A stretch of DNA of 28,240 nucleotides from a virus (lineage: Duplodnaviria; Heunggongvirae; Uroviricota; Caudoviricetes): IMG/VR virus record IMGVR_UViG_2695420398_000010; one strand, given 5' to 3'. Of this stretch, positions 27,467 to 28,240 are shown piece after piece. The translations under genes and the position numbers were made by a program. Position 1 is the first letter of the stretch; every line of letters begins with the position of its first letter. Below the pieces are notes generated by a model. That model searched no databases. It was not told the origin of the DNA and saw only the letters and a program-made list of their open reading frames with translations.

Positions 27467-27799
27467 ATGTCTGTCACAATTCAGGGAAATACCTCAACCG
27501 TTATTTCAAACAACTCCGCCCCGGAAGGAACATCAGAAATAGCCAAAATCACAAGACAAATTCAGGTGCTGACTGAAAAGCTTGGGAAAATCTCATCGGA
27601 AGAGGGGATGACGACACAGCAGAAAAAAGAAATGGCTGCATTGGTACAGAAGCAAATTGAAAGCCTCAGGGCTCAACTGGAGCAGTTGTTAAGGCAGCAG
27701 GCAGAGAAAAAGAATGAAGACGCGACAGTTCAGCCTGATAAAAAAGAAGAGAAAAAAGACGATACAAATACCGCTGGCACCATTGATATTTACGTCTAA
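27467..27799 (+). CDS. flxA: FlxA-like small coiled-coil protein
   Basis: 110 aa with a Ser/Thr-rich N-terminus, central heptad-like coiled-coil and Lys/Glu-rich C-terminus; size and architecture match prophage FlxA-family proteins and it carries a sigma-28-type promoter; strong RBS. Confidence 0.55.
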   Translation: MSVTIQGNTSTVISNNSAPEGTSEIAKITRQIQVLTEKLGKISSEEGMTTQQKKEMAALVQKQIESLRAQLEQLLRQQAEKKNEDATVQPDKKEEKKDDTNTAGTIDIYV

Positions 27800-27814
27800 G
27801 TGACAGCCGTATTG

Positions 27815-27836
27815 TGGCCCTCATCGGGCCACTTTT
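27815..27836 (+). terminator. Terminator-like hairpin after the flxA-like gene
   Basis: TGGCCC-TCATC-GGGCCA followed by a short T-rich tract (CTTTTC). Confidence 0.4.
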
Positions 27837-28240
27837 CGCCATCAGCCTTTTCTTTAAAGACATATTATCTTTGTATCATTTTTGATAGTTAACATTACAA
27901 GATATAAGTAATGGACGCACTCCCAATTAGTCTATTTAAATCGCCACGAGTTTAACTGACAACCCATGATCAATTATGAATTGCAACTATTTCTGTAGTC
28001 ACTTTTGTGGGGACAGTCCACAAAACTGCCAACTTCCGCTTCTTGCTCATAACAGACATAAACTTCAGTTATGGCATAAAGGTATGCATGCTGGGTGGGG
28101 AAAGTATGAAGGAAAAGAAGACTGCTGCGCCGTTTGTCGTCACGTTTATCTTCATTGGCTATGCAAGTCGTAATACAAGGTGGGACAAAACTGAGACACA
28201 TAAGGCCTCGCAATGGCTTGCAAGGCTTTACATGTTTTGA

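Noticed and set aside
27214-27576. 73-aa minus-strand and 97-aa plus-strand ORFs overlapping the sigma-28 promoter and flxA-like start
   Set aside because: They overlap a promoter and a better-supported gene in other frames; no RBS.
1-28240. Search for CRISPR arrays, integrase, transposase or IS elements, and toxin-antitoxin pairs
   Set aside because: No direct-repeat/spacer periodicity, no tyrosine or serine recombinase-like ORF, no transposase-like ORF with terminal inverted repeats, and no adjacent small ORF pair typical of toxin-antitoxin loci. The integrase would lie in the other prophage arm.
28007-28240. 77-aa ORF (or 44 aa from the internal ATG at 28106) at the window edge
   Set aside because: Hydrophobic low-complexity translation in a region that looks like a non-coding att-proximal arm; no family resemblance; left as unresolved rather than called.

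Overview
This window is the late (right) arm of a lambda-like siphovirus prophage, read on the + strand from the lysis cassette to the tail-fibre-distal accessory region. Gene order is: phage-21-type lysis cassette (pinholin, SAR endolysin, Rz with embedded Rz1), a KilA-N-like moron, a cos-like packaging site, terminase small and large subunits, W-like protein, portal, a fused ClpP-like protease/major capsid protein, two small head proteins, then a complete lambda-type tail module (Z, U, V, G/G-T, H, M, L, K, I, J), lom, a mosaic side tail fibre (stf) and tfa. Beyond tfa lies a strongly AT-rich gene on the opposite strand, positionally and size-matched to lambda ea47, followed by an flxA-like gene with a sigma-28-type promoter. 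The tail module is near-identical to lambda by recollection, whereas the head module and lysis cassette are of different lineage, so the element is a modular mosaic. No rRNA, tRNA, CRISPR array, transposase or integrase is present. The best candidates for undescribed biology are the ea47-like gene and the ~0.8 kb segment beside it, which sit in a classic moron/defence hotspot; their function cannot be assigned from sequence. All homology statements are from reading the translated ORFs against remembered protein families, not from a database search.
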